Positions 50,683-59,657 of a stretch of DNA of 64,000 nucleotides are shown here, piece after piece. Each line of letters starts with the position of its first letter. Position 1 is the first letter of the stretch. This DNA comes from an uncultured delta proteobacterium (GTDB lineage: Bacteria; Myxococcota_A; Polyangia; Fen-1088). A program made the position numbers and the translations under genes. The stretch is from assembly GCA_963796685.1 (NCBI GenBank), contig CAWCMR010000025.1:1984001-2048000 (forward strand), read 5' to 3'. Under the pieces are notes generated by a model. The model was not told where the DNA came from, did not search any database, and worked only from the letters and a program-made list of their open reading frames with translations.

Positions 50683-51618
50683 TCATCGCAGGGATTTGAT
50701 GAAGGCGACCAAATCGTCCACGTCGCGCTCTTTCAAATCCACCTTGGGCATCTGCGCCGCGAAGCCCTTGACGACCTCTTGCGGGGGGTGGTGAATAGAC
50801 CGTTTGATGTAGTCCTCGTCGGCGGTGACGGTCGACTCCTTGCCGTCGGTCAGCACCGCGACCTGGCTGCCCCACAGCCCCTTCCAGGTCGGTCCCACCA
50901 GCTTGGATCCATCGGTGGTGTGGCAGGCCACGCAGCCCTTGAGCTTGAAGGCGCGCTCGCCTCGCGCGGGATCGGGACCGGCGGGTCCGGTCTCCGCGAG
51001 CTTGGGCGGCTCCGCCGATTCGCCGAAATACCACGTCGAGAATGCCCCCTCGGGAATGACATGGACCTTGGACAGCATGTACGAGTGGTTGACCCCGCAC
51101 ATGACCGTGCACTCGATGTCGTAGTCGCCCAATTGATCGGCCTGGAACCACGTGTAGTTGTGCTTGCCCGGAACGACGTCGGACTTGACCCGGAACGCCG
51201 GTATGTAGAACCCGTGCAGGACGTCGAGGGACTTGAGGTTGAGGCGGACCGGCCGTCCGAGGGCGACGTAGAGCTCGCTGGTCTGGCGGCCGTTCGGGTA
51301 GGTAAACGACCACGCCCATTGCCGAGCCGTCACCTGAATCACCATGGCGTCGCGTGGAACCTCGCGCAGGTAGCGATAGTTGGTCCACCCGTAATAGAAC
51401 ATGGTCAAGAACAGAACCAACGGGATCCCGGTCCACAGCAATTCGAGCGTGGTATGGCCGTGGATGTCTTCGGCCTTCGCGCCCTTGCTCCGTCGGAAGC
51501 GCACGACGAGGTAGATCATCACGAAGGTGATGAACACCAGGAACGCGATGGTAAGCGCGGAAATGTAGAGAAAGACCGCGTCGACTTTGTCCGAAACGCT
51601 GGAAGCACCGCCAAACAT
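50683..51618 (-). CDS. coxB: Cytochrome c oxidase subunit II with fused cytochrome c
   Basis: QWAWSF, DVLHGF, CTVMCGVNHSYM CuA site, CVACH heme c. Confidence 0.95.
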   Translation of the reverse strand: MFGGASSVSDKVDAVFLYISALTIAFLVFITFVMIYLVVRFRRSKGAKAEDIHGHTTLELLWTGIPLVLFLTMFYYGWTNYRYLREVPRDAMVIQVTARQWAWSFTYPNGRQTSELYVALGRPVRLNLKSLDVLHGFYIPAFRVKSDVVPGKHNYTWFQADQLGDYDIECTVMCGVNHSYMLSKVHVIPEGAFSTWYFGESAEPPKLAETGPAGPDPARGERAFKLKGCVACHTTDGSKLVGPTWKGLWGSQVAVLTDGKESTVTADEDYIKRSIHHPPQEVVKGFAAQMPKVDLKERDVDDLVAFIKSLR

Positions 51619-51624
51619 CGTCGT

Positions 51625-51927
51625 CTACCTATAGAGATAATCGGCAAAGGTTAGAAGGATGAAGATGACGAGCACGGCGACGGCGATGGCGACCATGTAC
51701 TTGAGCGCCGCGCTCTCGTCCTTGAGGTGCATGAAATAGTAGAAAACCAGGCTGGCCTTGGTGGGGGTGATGACCAGCAGTCCGAGCAGGGCCAGATTCG
51801 GCCGGCGCGCGAGGCTCAGCGCGACCAGCATCCCGGTCAACGTGACCAAGGCGATCCAGACCTTGATGTAGGTCGCGTAGCCGAGGACGTGCGGCTGTTC
51901 GACTTGGGATTGCATGCTTTGGCTCAT
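51625..51927 (-). CDS. coxD: Cytochrome c oxidase subunit IV
   Basis: YIKVWIALVTLT, KASLVFYYFMHLK. Confidence 0.9.
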   Translation of the reverse strand: MSQSMQSQVEQPHVLGYATYIKVWIALVTLTGMLVALSLARRPNLALLGLLVITPTKASLVFYYFMHLKDESAALKYMVAIAVAVLVIFILLTFADYLYR

Positions 51928-51945
51928 GGGCGATGGTTCATGGGG

Positions 51946-52581
51946 CTAGGCGGCCAGGTAGAAGAGGGGCAAAAGGAAAATCCAGATGACGTCGACGAGG
52001 TGCCAGTAAAGGCCCGTGTTCTCCAGCTTGATGAAATCGTCCTGGCGGATGCGATCGCGCTTGATGAGGATCAGCATGACCGACATGACCACCACGCCGA
52101 CCGTGACGTGCAAGCCGTGCAGCCCGGTCATGCCGAAGTATAGGCCGAAGAACAGGCGCTCGCCCGGGGGACGTGTCATCAGATGCTCCGCGCCGGGGTA
52201 GAGGCCGTGATGAATCTTGGCCTTCCACTCGAAGAACTTGTTCACCAAGAAGACCACGCCGAGCACCATGGTCGAGCTGAGGAAAATCATGGACTGGAGC
52301 TTGCGCCCGAGACGCAGGGCCACGATGGCCAGCACCATGGTCAAGCTGCTGGTGAGAAGGATGATGGTGTTGGTGACCCCGAGAGTGACGTTCAATTCGC
52401 CCGAAGCATGATGGAAATCGTGCGGGTGCATCGAGCGGTACATGCCGTAAGCCACGAACAAGCCGCCGAACAGGATCAGCTCGGTGAAGATGAAGATCCA
52501 CATGCCGAGCTTGGCGCCGGCATAATCGCGATGCTCGGCGGCATGCTCGCCGGCGGGCTGGGGCTCGGCGGACGCGTTCAT
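51946..52581 (-). CDS. coxC: Cytochrome c oxidase subunit III
   Basis: GMWIFIFTELILFGGLF, TGLHGLHV, GLYWHLVDVIWIFL; ATG 52581 overlaps the coxA stop. Confidence 0.95.
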   Translation of the reverse strand: MNASAEPQPAGEHAAEHRDYAGAKLGMWIFIFTELILFGGLFVAYGMYRSMHPHDFHHASGELNVTLGVTNTIILLTSSLTMVLAIVALRLGRKLQSMIFLSSTMVLGVVFLVNKFFEWKAKIHHGLYPGAEHLMTRPPGERLFFGLYFGMTGLHGLHVTVGVVVMSVMLILIKRDRIRQDDFIKLENTGLYWHLVDVIWIFLLPLFYLAA

Positions 52582-54224
52582 GTCGCGGGCTCCTTGGCCG
52601 GGGGATTGAAGGTGTAGGGCGGCTCGGTGATGACCGGAAGAATGTCGAAGTTCTCCACCGGCGGGGGCGACGGAACGGTCCATTCCAAGGTCACGCCGCC
52701 CCACGGGTTGGCAGGAATGTGCGTCTTGCGGAAGAGGCCGCGCAAGAGGTTGGCGAACATGATGAGAAGCCCAGCCACCATGATCCAGGACCCGACGGTG
52801 GCGACGATGTGTCCGGTATGGAACTGGGGAAGGTGATCGTAGTAGCGGCGGGGCATGCCCTCCATTCCCAATACCAGGAACGTGAAATAGAGCACATTGA
52901 AGCCGACGAAGATGTGCACGAAGGCCACGATGGCGGTGCGCTCGTTGTACATGCGGCCGAACATCTTGGGATACCAGTAGTGGATGGCTGCGAAGAAGGC
53001 GAACCCGGTGCCGCCGAACATGACGTAGTGGAAGTGACCCACGATGAAATAGGTATCGTGGATGTGCACATTGATGGCGAGGGCGCCCTGGAACAGGCCG
53101 GTGAGCCCGCCTATGCTGAACAGGAAGATGAAGGCCAAGGCGAAGAGCATGGGCGGGCGCAATTCGATCGATCCCTTGTACAGGGTGGCCACCCAGTTGA
53201 AGACCTTGATGGCGCTCGGGATCGCAACCAGGAAGGTGAGCAGGGAGAAGACGACGATGGCGAATTCGCTCATGCCGCTGGTGAACATGTGGTGTGCCCA
53301 CACCAGCGAGCCGAGGGCAGCGATTCCCATGCTGGAGTACACGATGGCCTTGTAGCCGAAGATGGTCCGGTGGGCGAAGGTCGGGATGATCTCCGAGATC
53401 GCGCCCATGGCGGGTAGGATCATGATGTAGACCGCCGGGTGCGAGTAGGTCCAGAAGAGGTGCTGGTACAGGATGGGATCGCCGCCGATGGCGGGATCGA
53501 AGATGCCGAGATGGAAGACACGCTCGAGGATGACCAGCAAGAGCGTGATGCCGAGGATGGGGGTGGCCAGCACTTGCACCCAGGCGGTTGCGTACAGCGA
53601 CCAGGGGAAGAGCGGCATGCGCATCCAACTCATGCCCTTGGCTCGCATGCGGTGGATGGTGGTGATGAAGTTGAGGCCGGTGAGGATGGAGGAGAACCCG
53701 AGGATGAAGGCGCCGAACACCGCCATGGTGACGTTGGTTCCGGTCCGCACGCTGTAGGGCACGTAGAACGACCATCCCGTGTCGGGAGGTCCCCCGCCGG
53801 TAAACAGCGACAACACGGCGACGGCGCCGCCGGTCATGAACAGGTACCAGGACAGAAGATTGAGACGCGGGAAGGCCACGTCCTTGGCGCCGATCATGAT
53901 GGGCAGAAAGAAGTTCCCGAACACCGCTGGCAGTCCCGGGATCACGAAGAGAAAGATCATGATCACGCCGTGCACGGTGAACATGGCGTTGTAGGTCGTG
54001 GGCTTCATGATCGTGGGGCCCATGGTCAGCTGCTCGATGCGCATGAGCACGCCGATGGTCATGCCCACCAGGAAGAACGTGAGCATGGCGGTGAGATACA
54101 TGAGGCCGATGCGCTTGTGATCCGTGGTGAGGAGCCAAGAGAGAACGCCCTTGCGCGAAGAGCCCGCGTAGAAGTCGGGTTCGCCTGTGGGGGCGACGGC
54201 GATGGTTGCGGCGGCAGTGCTCAC
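52578..54224 (-). CDS. coxA: Cytochrome c oxidase subunit I, type A2
   Basis: TTDHKRIG, HGVIM, YSHPAVY (YS motif), WAHHM, GHFHY, GMPRRY; GTG start at 54224. Confidence 0.96.
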   Translation of the reverse strand: MSTAAATIAVAPTGEPDFYAGSSRKGVLSWLLTTDHKRIGLMYLTAMLTFFLVGMTIGVLMRIEQLTMGPTIMKPTTYNAMFTVHGVIMIFLFVIPGLPAVFGNFFLPIMIGAKDVAFPRLNLLSWYLFMTGGAVAVLSLFTGGGPPDTGWSFYVPYSVRTGTNVTMAVFGAFILGFSSILTGLNFITTIHRMRAKGMSWMRMPLFPWSLYATAWVQVLATPILGITLLLVILERVFHLGIFDPAIGGDPILYQHLFWTYSHPAVYIMILPAMGAISEIIPTFAHRTIFGYKAIVYSSMGIAALGSLVWAHHMFTSGMSEFAIVVFSLLTFLVAIPSAIKVFNWVATLYKGSIELRPPMLFALAFIFLFSIGGLTGLFQGALAINVHIHDTYFIVGHFHYVMFGGTGFAFFAAIHYWYPKMFGRMYNERTAIVAFVHIFVGFNVLYFTFLVLGMEGMPRRYYDHLPQFHTGHIVATVGSWIMVAGLLIMFANLLRGLFRKTHIPANPWGGVTLEWTVPSPPPVENFDILPVITEPPYTFNPPAKEPAT

Positions 54225-55015
54225 GAAGATTCCTTTGTATCGGACCTGGGATGCTTCTTGCGCTTCACGGCCACGGCAAGGCCGAACCCGGCGGCCAGCA
54301 TGATGGTGAAAGCCGCCGCGACGCGCGTGACGTTGAGGGAATACCTGTGGCCGGAGGGGTCGTAGCTGTAGCAGAACCTGAGGAAGCGAGCGATGGTAGG
54401 ACCGGTACGCCCTTGCGCCGCCTCGGTCACGGCCATCTTGACGTCGAAGGGCAGGAAGGTGATCCCATACAGGTAGCGCGTCACCATGCCGGTGGGTGAC
54501 AGCACCATGATGGCGCCCGGGTGAACGTAGTCCTCCCCGTGCTTGGCGAACTTGAACCCGACCGCGTCGGCCAAGCGTTTGGTCGAAATCGGGTCGCCGG
54601 TCAGGAAGCGCCAGGCATTCTGCGGGAAAGCGGGTCCGAGCTGCTTCGTGTAGTTCTTCTTCTTTTCGGCCGCAAGCTCCGCGTTGTCGCGCGGGTCGAA
54701 GCTCACCGTCAGGATCTGGAAGTCCTTCCCCGGGATCTGATCGGTCTTTTGCAGCATCTCGGCCACGCCGTTGAGAAGCGGCGTGCACAGGCCGGTGCAG
54801 CGGAAATAGTTGAGCGTGAGCAAGGTCGGCTTGTCGATGAGATCGTGCAGCGAGACCCGGTCGCCTTGCTCGTCGACGAGCTTGATGTCGAGCGGCACCG
54901 TCTGCCCCAGCTTTTCATCGATGCCGATGTCGGGCGGGTTCGCGGTGGGCGCCGCGGCCAGGGCCATGCGGGCTGGTAGCGACAACAACAGACAGGTTGC
55001 GAGTAGGGTCTTCAT
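54221..55015 (-). CDS. SCO1/SenC copper chaperone
   Basis: YFRCTGLC (CxxxC), VSFDP, YVHPG. Confidence 0.9.
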   Translation of the reverse strand: MKTLLATCLLLSLPARMALAAAPTANPPDIGIDEKLGQTVPLDIKLVDEQGDRVSLHDLIDKPTLLTLNYFRCTGLCTPLLNGVAEMLQKTDQIPGKDFQILTVSFDPRDNAELAAEKKKNYTKQLGPAFPQNAWRFLTGDPISTKRLADAVGFKFAKHGEDYVHPGAIMVLSPTGMVTRYLYGITFLPFDVKMAVTEAAQGRTGPTIARFLRFCYSYDPSGHRYSLNVTRVAAAFTIMLAAGFGLAVAVKRKKHPRSDTKESS

Positions 55016-55974
55016 GGTTGCTTAGCCTGATCCTCCGAAGGGGCCTGCGCCACTGTCTCGTTACCGAGCAGCGCGCGGGCGATGTCCTGCCACTCGGCGG
55101 CCGTGACATCGGCCAGCGAGGGCGCGAAACCGTTGGCAGGCGCGCCGGCCGCCCAGTCGCGCGCCACGGCGGTGCGGTCGGTGCGCGTCGATGTGGCGGC
55201 CACGGTGCGCGCCACGCGCGCCGGATCCACGATCACCTCGCGCAACAGATCCGCCGTCGGGGAAAGGTCGTCGCGGCCGGGCAGCTTGAGCGGCGGTACA
55301 GGACGCTCTTCTTGCAGCATCTTCGTGATGGCCATGGAGACAGGAATGCGGTTGGGTATGTGAACGCCCTTGGAACGGAACAGGTTGGCCAGCGCCTCGG
55401 TCGCCTTGGGCTCTTCGGGACCGTGATCGAACGCGCCGAGCGAGCGGACGTAGTGCACGAGCGCCATGCGATCCGCGGGAACGATGAAGTCGAAGGCAGC
55501 CATGCCGGTTCCCTTCACGCCGGAGGTGATCGTGGTGAAGATGTCGGTGATGCGGTAGCCGCGCGTCCAGTTGTTGGGCTGGGTGAAGTTGCGCGGCTTG
55601 GGGTTGAGGGTACCCGCCGCGGGGCCGTCGCCGTGCCCGGTCTCGCCGTGGCACGACACGCAGTTCTGCTTGAACAGGGCCTCGCCGCGCGCCAGCAGCT
55701 TGGGATTCGGGGTCATGACCGTCGATGGATCCACGGGCGGCAGATCCCTGCCCTTGCTGGGCGGCATCTCCGTTTGGTCGAGCCAACCCACGCTGGCCGG
55801 CGCCGGCTGGTCAGAAGGCGCGCGCTTTCGCGGCTCGCGCTCGCGGATCAAGGCGGGAAGAATGATCAGCCCGAAGAGCACGAAGGTGATGGCCACGCCG
55901 AAAAAGACGGCATAGCGGCCGACCAGCCCCTGGGCTTCCTCGCGCCACGTGGGTGGGGTGTGCTCTTCGCTCAC
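55012..55974 (-). CDS. Membrane-anchored monoheme cytochrome c
   Basis: N-terminal TM helix; CVSCHG..GHGDGPAA..LNPKPRNF; GTGMAAF. Confidence 0.85.
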   Translation of the reverse strand: MSEEHTPPTWREEAQGLVGRYAVFFGVAITFVLFGLIILPALIREREPRKRAPSDQPAPASVGWLDQTEMPPSKGRDLPPVDPSTVMTPNPKLLARGEALFKQNCVSCHGETGHGDGPAAGTLNPKPRNFTQPNNWTRGYRITDIFTTITSGVKGTGMAAFDFIVPADRMALVHYVRSLGAFDHGPEEPKATEALANLFRSKGVHIPNRIPVSMAITKMLQEERPVPPLKLPGRDDLSPTADLLREVIVDPARVARTVAATSTRTDRTAVARDWAAGAPANGFAPSLADVTAAEWQDIARALLGNETVAQAPSEDQAKQP

Positions 55975-57134
55975 AGCTGCCACTCCAATCCCTTGGTCAG
56001 CAGCGGGTCGCCTACGGGCATGTCGGCGCCGCGGCCCATGGCGCGACGAATCTGCAGGAGGCCGAGGCCGAGGAAAAAACAGGCCATGACGAGCTCGGGC
56101 CAGCCGAGAAGCGGCCGCGGTCCGAGCACCGGGAAGACTAGCCAGTACATGTCGACGAAGTGCGCGAACAGGAGGGAGAGCATGGCGACGCGCAGGATTT
56201 TCGGGTTCTTCTTTCCCACGGCTCCGATGAGCAGAAAGAAGGGCAGCGTGAAGTGGAAGACCGGCAGGAGCATGGCCACGGGGTACCAGGGGCCTTCGAT
56301 GCGATGCTTAAACCACACCACTTCCTCGGGCAGGTTGGCGTACCAGATCAGCATGTACTGCGCGAAGCCGATGTAGGCGTAGAAGACCGTGAAGGCCAGG
56401 CCCAGGGTACCGAGATTGTAGAAGTGCTTGGGCTTGACCTCGGGCAGGCGGCCCTTGCGAATGAGGCCGAGCACGCCCAGCGCCATGGCGGCGATGCCGG
56501 ACAGGAACGTGCCGGCGAAGAGATACACGCCGAACATGTCGCTGTACCACTCGGGCTCGAGACCCGAGATCCAGTCGAAGGCAAGGATGGTCACGGTGAA
56601 GAAGAAGACCACCACGAACACGGGCGCCAGCTTGCGCGCCCGAATGGTGAACGCGGCGTCCTTGCTTTCGTCCTGGCGCAAAGATCCGCGCACATAGAAG
56701 GAATAGAAGAGCAACCAGAGCAGGGAGCACGCAGCCAGCCGGATGGCGAAGAAGGGCAGGTTCAGCCAAGGCGCCTTGGCGACCAGGATGGGGTTGTGCG
56801 CCGCCTCTGCGCGCGTCCAGGGGAAGAGCACGGGCAGGCTGAAGAAGGCGACAATGAGCAGGGGCACGGCCAGCGGAATCAGGGACGCGATTCGCTCAGG
56901 CACGCGGCGCATGGGCACGCTCCAGTGCGCGCCAACCAGGCGCTCGAGCGCGACCAGGAACAGGTTGCCGAGACCCAGGGTGAGCAGGAACAGCGTCCAC
57001 ACCAGCCAGTTGGCCCAGAAGCGAGTCGGCCCTTCCTGGGTGTAGACCAGCACGGTACCCACCGCGCCGAAGAGGGTCAGCGCAATCAGGGCGTTGCGTG
57101 CGAGCAAAGAGCGGGGAGCGTCGTTCGGGGTCAT
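55971..57134 (-). CDS. actF: Alternative complex III subunit F
   Basis: NrfD-like multi-TM protein; DWISGLEPEWYSDMFG, QYMLIWYANLPEE. Confidence 0.9.
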   Translation of the reverse strand: MTPNDAPRSLLARNALIALTLFGAVGTVLVYTQEGPTRFWANWLVWTLFLLTLGLGNLFLVALERLVGAHWSVPMRRVPERIASLIPLAVPLLIVAFFSLPVLFPWTRAEAAHNPILVAKAPWLNLPFFAIRLAACSLLWLLFYSFYVRGSLRQDESKDAAFTIRARKLAPVFVVVFFFTVTILAFDWISGLEPEWYSDMFGVYLFAGTFLSGIAAMALGVLGLIRKGRLPEVKPKHFYNLGTLGLAFTVFYAYIGFAQYMLIWYANLPEEVVWFKHRIEGPWYPVAMLLPVFHFTLPFFLLIGAVGKKNPKILRVAMLSLLFAHFVDMYWLVFPVLGPRPLLGWPELVMACFFLGLGLLQIRRAMGRGADMPVGDPLLTKGLEWQL

Positions 57135-58288
57135 GGCAGATCCGAGTCCTTGGCGTCCTGGGACCGCTGCAACACGCGCACGTAGTGCACGACGGCCCAG
57201 CGGTCGGATTCATCCAGATCCGGGGCGTAGCTCGGCATGGCGTTCTTACCCAGCATCATTACGCCGTAAATGTAGCCATCGGGCCGGGCGTGCATCTCGT
57301 TCGACAGCAGGTTGCCTGGCTTGGCGCCGTAGGCACGCGAGAGCATGGCCACGCCGTCGCCCACGACACCGTGGCATACCGCGCAGTGGTCGTTGAACAC
57401 CTTGCGTCCGCGCTCGGCGATCTGCCGGGTGAGCGGCAGCGGGTTGCTGAGCATCGCACCGGCCTGCTCCGGGGTGGTGAAGGCGGGCGGAAGATGCCCG
57501 CGCGCCACCGTGCCTGCAACGGCCGGACGCATCCCGCGACCGTCGGCGAAGAACAGGCTCGGGCGGAAAGCGTCGAGCTTGGGTTGGTCGAGCATGTGGA
57601 CGTAAGGGGGAACGACGGGAATCAGCTTCTCTACCGCGTAAAGTCCCGCACCGGCCACCAGGCAAGCGGCGGCGATGGCGGCGATGGTGTGCAGAAGCCC
57701 GATCAGGCTGAGCGGCCGATCGAAAGTTGGAATCGGCACGATCTCCACCGACTCGGCGCCGCTTTCGAGCAAGGCCTGGCGAGCCGCCTCGGCATCGAAA
57801 GCGGCGCTCGTGCTCTCGATGCTGAGCGCGAGCTTGTCGCGCGTGATGCCCGCGATGGCCTTGGAATGCAGCACCGGATGGCCGAAGAAGGGCAGCTTGT
57901 TCAAGGCGAAGAGCATGGCCAGGCCGGCGGTGAAGGTGGCGAACAGCACCGTGACCTCGAACATCACAGGGATGAAGGCCTGCCACGAGAACAGCGCCTT
58001 GCCGTCCACGATCAGCGGGTAGTCCACCGCGCTCGTCCACCACTCGAAGAGCAGCGCCAAGGCCGCACCGAGCAGCCCCATGCCCATCACCAGCTTGCCG
58101 AGTGGCGAGGGCGGCAACCCGACCGCCTTGTCGAGCCCGTGCACCGGGTAGGGCGTGTACGCTTCGAGCCGTCCGAGCTTGCGCGGGCGAATCTGTTTCG
58201 CGGCCTCGATGATCTTGTCGGCTTCGGTGTAGAGGCCCAGAACCGCGAAGGTGCCGGGGGAGGCGGGGCTACTCATAGCCGCCTCCAT
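57131..58288 (-). CDS. actDE: Alternative complex III ActD (DUF3341)-ActE (cytochrome c) fusion
   Basis: YTPYPVHGLD, AFIPVMFEVTVLFA, then MLDQPK, GTVARG, CAVCHG, MPSY, RWAVVHYVRVLQ. Confidence 0.88.
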   Translation of the reverse strand: MEAAMSSPASPGTFAVLGLYTEADKIIEAAKQIRPRKLGRLEAYTPYPVHGLDKAVGLPPSPLGKLVMGMGLLGAALALLFEWWTSAVDYPLIVDGKALFSWQAFIPVMFEVTVLFATFTAGLAMLFALNKLPFFGHPVLHSKAIAGITRDKLALSIESTSAAFDAEAARQALLESGAESVEIVPIPTFDRPLSLIGLLHTIAAIAAACLVAGAGLYAVEKLIPVVPPYVHMLDQPKLDAFRPSLFFADGRGMRPAVAGTVARGHLPPAFTTPEQAGAMLSNPLPLTRQIAERGRKVFNDHCAVCHGVVGDGVAMLSRAYGAKPGNLLSNEMHARPDGYIYGVMMLGKNAMPSYAPDLDESDRWAVVHYVRVLQRSQDAKDSDLP

Positions 58289-59657
58289 GTCCTGCCTGGG
58301 CGCCAGGCAGGCTGGCCTTCATCTCGCTGGTGGCGATGACCGGCATGACGCGCGCGAAGAGCAGCACCAGCGTGAAGAAGAGCCCGAACGAGCCGAGCAA
58401 GATGCCGAAGTCGATCTTGGTCGGGATGTACTTGTGCCACGCGGTCGGCAGGTAGTCCTGGCTCAGCGAGATCACGATGATCACGAAACGCTCCATCCAC
58501 ATGCCGAGCGTCACGGCCAGGGCCACGAAGATCATGGCCGGGATGGACCGGCGCATGCGGCGGAACCAGAAGATCTGCGGGATGACGATGTTGCAGGTGA
58601 TGGTGGTGATGCCGGCCCAACCGTAGAACCCGCTGATGTAGTTCATGAAGGTGTGCTGGATGTACGGATTGGCGCTGTACCAGGCCGTGCCGCCTTCCAT
58701 GAAATACGCGTAGCCCATGATGCACGACATGGCCAGGATGAGCTTGTTCATGGTGTCGAGGTGGTTGTCGGTGATGAGGTTCGAAAGGTTCATGGTCTTG
58801 CGAACCACGATCAGCGCCATGACCACCATGGCGAAGCCGGCGAAGATGGCGCCCGCGACGAAGTAGGGCGGGAAGATGGTCATGTGCCAACCCGGCACCA
58901 GCGACACCGCGAAGTCGAAGGACACGACCGAGTGCACGCTGATGACGAGGCCGGTGGCCAGGCCTGCGAGCAGAAGGTACGCCTTGTCGTAGTGGACCCA
59001 GTGCGAGGCCGCGCCCCGCCAACCCATGCTGAGCACGCCGTAGATGCGCTTGCGGATACCCTCGGGCGTGCGATCGCGCATGGACGCGAAGTCAGGCACG
59101 AGACCGAGGTACCAGAACACCAGCGACACCGAAAAATAGGTGCTGACCGCGAATACGTCCCAAATGAGCGGTGAGCGGAAGTTGACCCAGATGGAGCGTT
59201 CGTTGGGGTAGGGAAAGAGCCAGTACGCGAACCACGGGCGACCGGTGTGCAGCACGGGGAAGATGCCCGCGCACATGACCGCGAAGATGGTCATGGCCTC
59301 GGAGAAACGGGCGATGGCGTTGCGCCAGCGCGCCCGGAAGAGAAAGAGGATTGCCGAAATCAAGGTTCCTGCGTGGCCGATCCCGACCCAGAACACGAAG
59401 TTGATGATGCCGAAGCCCCAGGCCACGGGGCGGTTGTTGCCCCACGTGCCGATGCCGTAGTACAGCGTCCAGCCCATGCAGAACACGCCGATGCCGAGCG
59501 CGGTCAGGGTCACGGCCAAGGCCAGGTACCAGGCGCGCGGCGGTCGCCGATCGGGGAATTGCAGAACCTGATCGTCGAGGGAGCCCGGCGTGACCCTGCC
59601 CTCGATGAGCTCCATCGGCGCCAGCGCCGCCGGCAGCTCTGCCACCGCGGACTTCAT
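58269..59657 (-). CDS. actC: Alternative complex III subunit C (NrfD family)
   Basis: NFVFWVGIGHAGTLISA, HTGRPW, NFRSPLIWDVFAVSTY, VHSVVSFDF; ATG 59657 overlaps the actB TGA. Confidence 0.93.
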   Translation of the reverse strand: MKSAVAELPAALAPMELIEGRVTPGSLDDQVLQFPDRRPPRAWYLALAVTLTALGIGVFCMGWTLYYGIGTWGNNRPVAWGFGIINFVFWVGIGHAGTLISAILFLFRARWRNAIARFSEAMTIFAVMCAGIFPVLHTGRPWFAYWLFPYPNERSIWVNFRSPLIWDVFAVSTYFSVSLVFWYLGLVPDFASMRDRTPEGIRKRIYGVLSMGWRGAASHWVHYDKAYLLLAGLATGLVISVHSVVSFDFAVSLVPGWHMTIFPPYFVAGAIFAGFAMVVMALIVVRKTMNLSNLITDNHLDTMNKLILAMSCIMGYAYFMEGGTAWYSANPYIQHTFMNYISGFYGWAGITTITCNIVIPQIFWFRRMRRSIPAMIFVALAVTLGMWMERFVIIVISLSQDYLPTAWHKYIPTKIDFGILLGSFGLFFTLVLLFARVMPVIATSEMKASLPGAQAGHGGGYE